In this document: piece after piece, positions 61,173 to 64,000 of the stretch
Layout of the letters: every line of letters begins with the position of its first letter
How positions within the stretch are numbered: position 1 is the first letter of the stretch
Translations under genes and position numbers: made by a program
NCBI GenBank assembly: GCA_002633005.1
Contig: NMRA01000117.1
Location: 286,579-350,578, forward strand
Source: Phoronis australis
Taxonomy: Eukaryota > Animalia > Phoronida
DNA length: 64,000 nucleotides
Reading direction: 5' to 3'
Notes under the pieces: generated by a model
What the model saw: only the letters and a program-made list of their open reading frames with translations
Told to the model about the DNA's origin: nothing
The model's database searches: none

Positions 61173-63105
61173 AAATTCACAAACAGCGACTCCTTCCTTC
61201 TTAACAGTGACAGCAGCAAGAGGCTCCTACTGGTCAACGCAACATCTCTCAGTGCATCTTGCAATGTCTGATGAAAGACAACTCCCACAATTCCCAGTGT
61301 TTCTGCATTTTAATGTCATTAAAGACTAGATGCATTGACATTCTAAATTTATCACTGAAATAATGATTAACAAGTCACAGTGTAATTACTATATCCTGTT
61401 AAAGTACTTAATTTTATCACTGAGAACGTTGATGATTGACTGATGTATAGGAAAATTGTCTTGGTCAACCAAAAAACTGGTTACATCATAATATTTTTGA
61501 TTTGGACTAATGATAAAGTCATACAACTCATCAGAGGTCAACATTTCGAAGTCATTAATTTACCATTCATTGACCGCTCATACTTTCACCATTTTCCTAT
61601 GCTAATACCGTTTTTAAATGCCCTTTAAAAACTTTTTTGTAAACTATTGGAGATCTTTTTGTGATTCCATCCTGGGATCTTCCTGTTCACAAACCATTAC
61701 TTTACCACTGCAACACCAACAGGTAACTGAACTCGAAAGTCGTTTAAGCCTTTCTATGTCATCTGGATTATGACGTCACGTTTGACTTTAAATAACCGTA
61801 AAATATAAACCACCAGGTGAATGCAAACCTCGAAGGAATCACAGATCCGTCTATCATGCAATTGTTTAAAAGATGTGTATTCTAAACTTTTACTGATTTT
61901 CAATCATGTAATTTGCGTGTGCACACTGAGTGTGCCAACATGCAACTTGTATACTAGGCACTGCATCATATTTCCACACCATTTTAGACACTGTGAACTA
62001 TGAGAACTAAATATGCCATTGAAAATTGAGCCTTTTTCATAGTGTGAACGTCAAAAAATTGATAAATTATACAACAGAAAACAAATAACGAGAATTGCAA
62101 CTCCTGCTCCTTCAGCTCAGTCTCTATTGGTTGTCTTAGAAATGAGATGAGGCAACTTGACTCACGTACACCACTGGAGTTATTCTAATACCAGAAATAT
62201 TAAGAACAATGAAACTGGAATAGGAAAGCTCATCGTTGATAAAACAAACTGTCGTTTGTAACTGATAGTTTTGCACCCTTGTAGGACTACAGATTTTCCC
62301 AAAATATTTAAGCAATTGTTCCTTTGCTAATTCTGAACATCTTCTAGAAGTTTATTAAATTTCTCCACGTTTTGAGGAAAAAATGTTAGCTGACTGACCA
62401 AACGAGTGACTTAATGACATATGAAGGAAAGTCCAACCACAGTCTCCTTGCATGAATGACTCAATGAATACAGTCGTAGCCAAGGTCAATGTTGCATTTT
62501 AGGGTCTGAAAATCAACATATTGCCCTTAGTGAAAGTCAATAATTGTATAATGTATAATAAGTCTGATTACATTACAGTGGAGCTTATCTAATGTCCTAT
62601 CAGATGATAGAATATTCTGATAATTGTCATGAAATGTCAAAAAATGAATCACTTCAAATCAAAACATACCCAAAATATCATTCATAATGTCATGATTTAT
62701 TGTTACATTCCTGGATGTTGTTATGAAAAAATCTGCAAATTTGATTCCCACCAGCTCATTAATATCATCATATATGTATCGCTTCCCTTTTCTTTCTAAA
62801 ACCCAACCCAATTGATTTTCATTCCATTTACCTCATCGGCACTCAGTACCAGAGGTACAAATCAGTCATTTCCAGATTAGCCGTCTTACTCTGAGACTAC
62901 ATCCACTTACCATGATTAGTTTATAAGACTGGTTAAGATCGACATCCTGCTTATTATTCGAATTTACGTCAAAATAGAGGGCGGGCTACACTGTATTTAT
63001 AATTGATTTATATTAGTAAAATGCGAATATAATTATTATGTCACTTGATTAGTGAAGTGAGATATCACTGATTGTATACGGTACATATCTCATCTACTGC
63101 ATCTT

Positions 63106-63160
63106 TGTATATGTATATGTATATGTATATGTATGTGTATATGTATATGTATATGTATAT
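63106..63160. repeat. (TATATG)n microsatellite
   Basis: Seen directly. Confidence 0.9.
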
Positions 63161-63858
63161 ACACGTATTCATCATAATTTATGGGTGACTAACACTTGTG
63201 CTGTTTTTCTTGCTTTGTATTTTCCTGAACCCATTTTATTTACTTACTTATAAGTTGTATCCAACTGAACCAAGCCATTTTACCTGGGTAAAGAGAATTT
63301 TAGTGTGCTAGTTTTTCTATTTTTATGACTTTGATATTTCAGCACATTTCAGTAGGTAAGTACACGATAGCCAATGACTCAGTCTTATTGGATGTGTCTA
63401 GGTTTGTCAGTATGCCTAGCTTTCACCTGAACCCATGTCAGGAACATTTCATGATGTTTTTATCAACCAAATGTTAAGACCTGTGGCTGTATTGAAAGCG
63501 TTACCTGATCATTGAGTTGACAGCCTTAGAAAGATCAATTAGTTGATGACACTGGTTGTGCCAAGTAGACTATGGATGGTCAAGTTATTAGTAGTGTTGT
63601 AGGAAAGGGGAAAGTATGAAAGGAAATGATAAAGAGAAAACGTTGACGAAAACGATAATAACAGGATAACAACAAAACTTAACAAAAACAAAACAGAAGT
63701 AACATAAAAAGCGAATTACTAAATGGATGGGAGCGCACTGCGACTAGGCACGATCCAAGTTAAAAAAGTCACGGACCCTAGTCCTAAATGGTGCAACGGG
63801 GGTGAGGTTGTGGTGACTGGAAGTTGGTTTCGCAGCATAATCATGTGTAGATAGGAAA

Positions 63859-64000
63859 ATGTGTGGTAGCACAGACTGTAGTGGTCCAGTGTTGGAGTGA
63901 TGTGTGGTAGCACAGACTATAGTGGTCCAGTGTTGGAGTGATGTGTGGTAGCACAGACTATAGTGGTCCAGTGTTGGAGTGATGTGTGGTAGCACAGACT
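63859..64000. repeat. 41-bp minisatellite running off the window end
   Basis: atgtgtggtagcacagactatagtggtccagtgttggagtg. Confidence 0.9.

Noticed and set aside
61000-64000. Several donor-like sites tested as the first CYBC1 coding exon
   Set aside because: None gave a phase-1 exon resembling the EROS N-terminus; the exon is probably beyond the window

Overview
AT-rich, intron-rich animal (invertebrate-looking) genomic DNA from a draft assembly, with one ~780-N gap and three single-N junctions. Most of the supplied ORFs are spurious; the real genes are spliced, and I rebuilt them exon by exon from GT-AG boundaries with consistent phase. There are four genes. (1) SEC14L1/retm-like PRELI + CRAL-TRIO + GOLD lipid-transfer gene, + strand, 7124-29412, 5' exons not seen. 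(2) Complete LACTB2 metallo-beta-lactamase-fold endoribonuclease, - strand, 31884-39556, 7 exons, 293 aa. (3) Complete Hippo/MST kinase STK3/4, + strand, 39859-54942, 13 exons, 491 aa, head-to-head with LACTB2 across 302 bp. (4) CYBC1/EROS-like gene, - strand, 57052-60939, first coding exon not found. The introns hold many non-autonomous DNA transposons (Tc2/pogo-type, Kolobok-like with a decayed THAP domain, Helentron/HINE-type, palindromic MITEs) and minisatellites. Three apparent tandem duplications in SEC14L1 each sit at a single N and look like two haplotypes joined in series; two of them start at haplotype-specific transposon ends. The best leads are cryptic small exons: an 18-nt in-frame microexon in SEC14L1 with UGC and UGCAUG motifs, a 24/10-nt exon at the end of the Hippo kinase domain, and an alternative SEC14L1 start exon. 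I found no convincing novel multi-gene system. All homology calls come from recalled family motifs, not from database searches.
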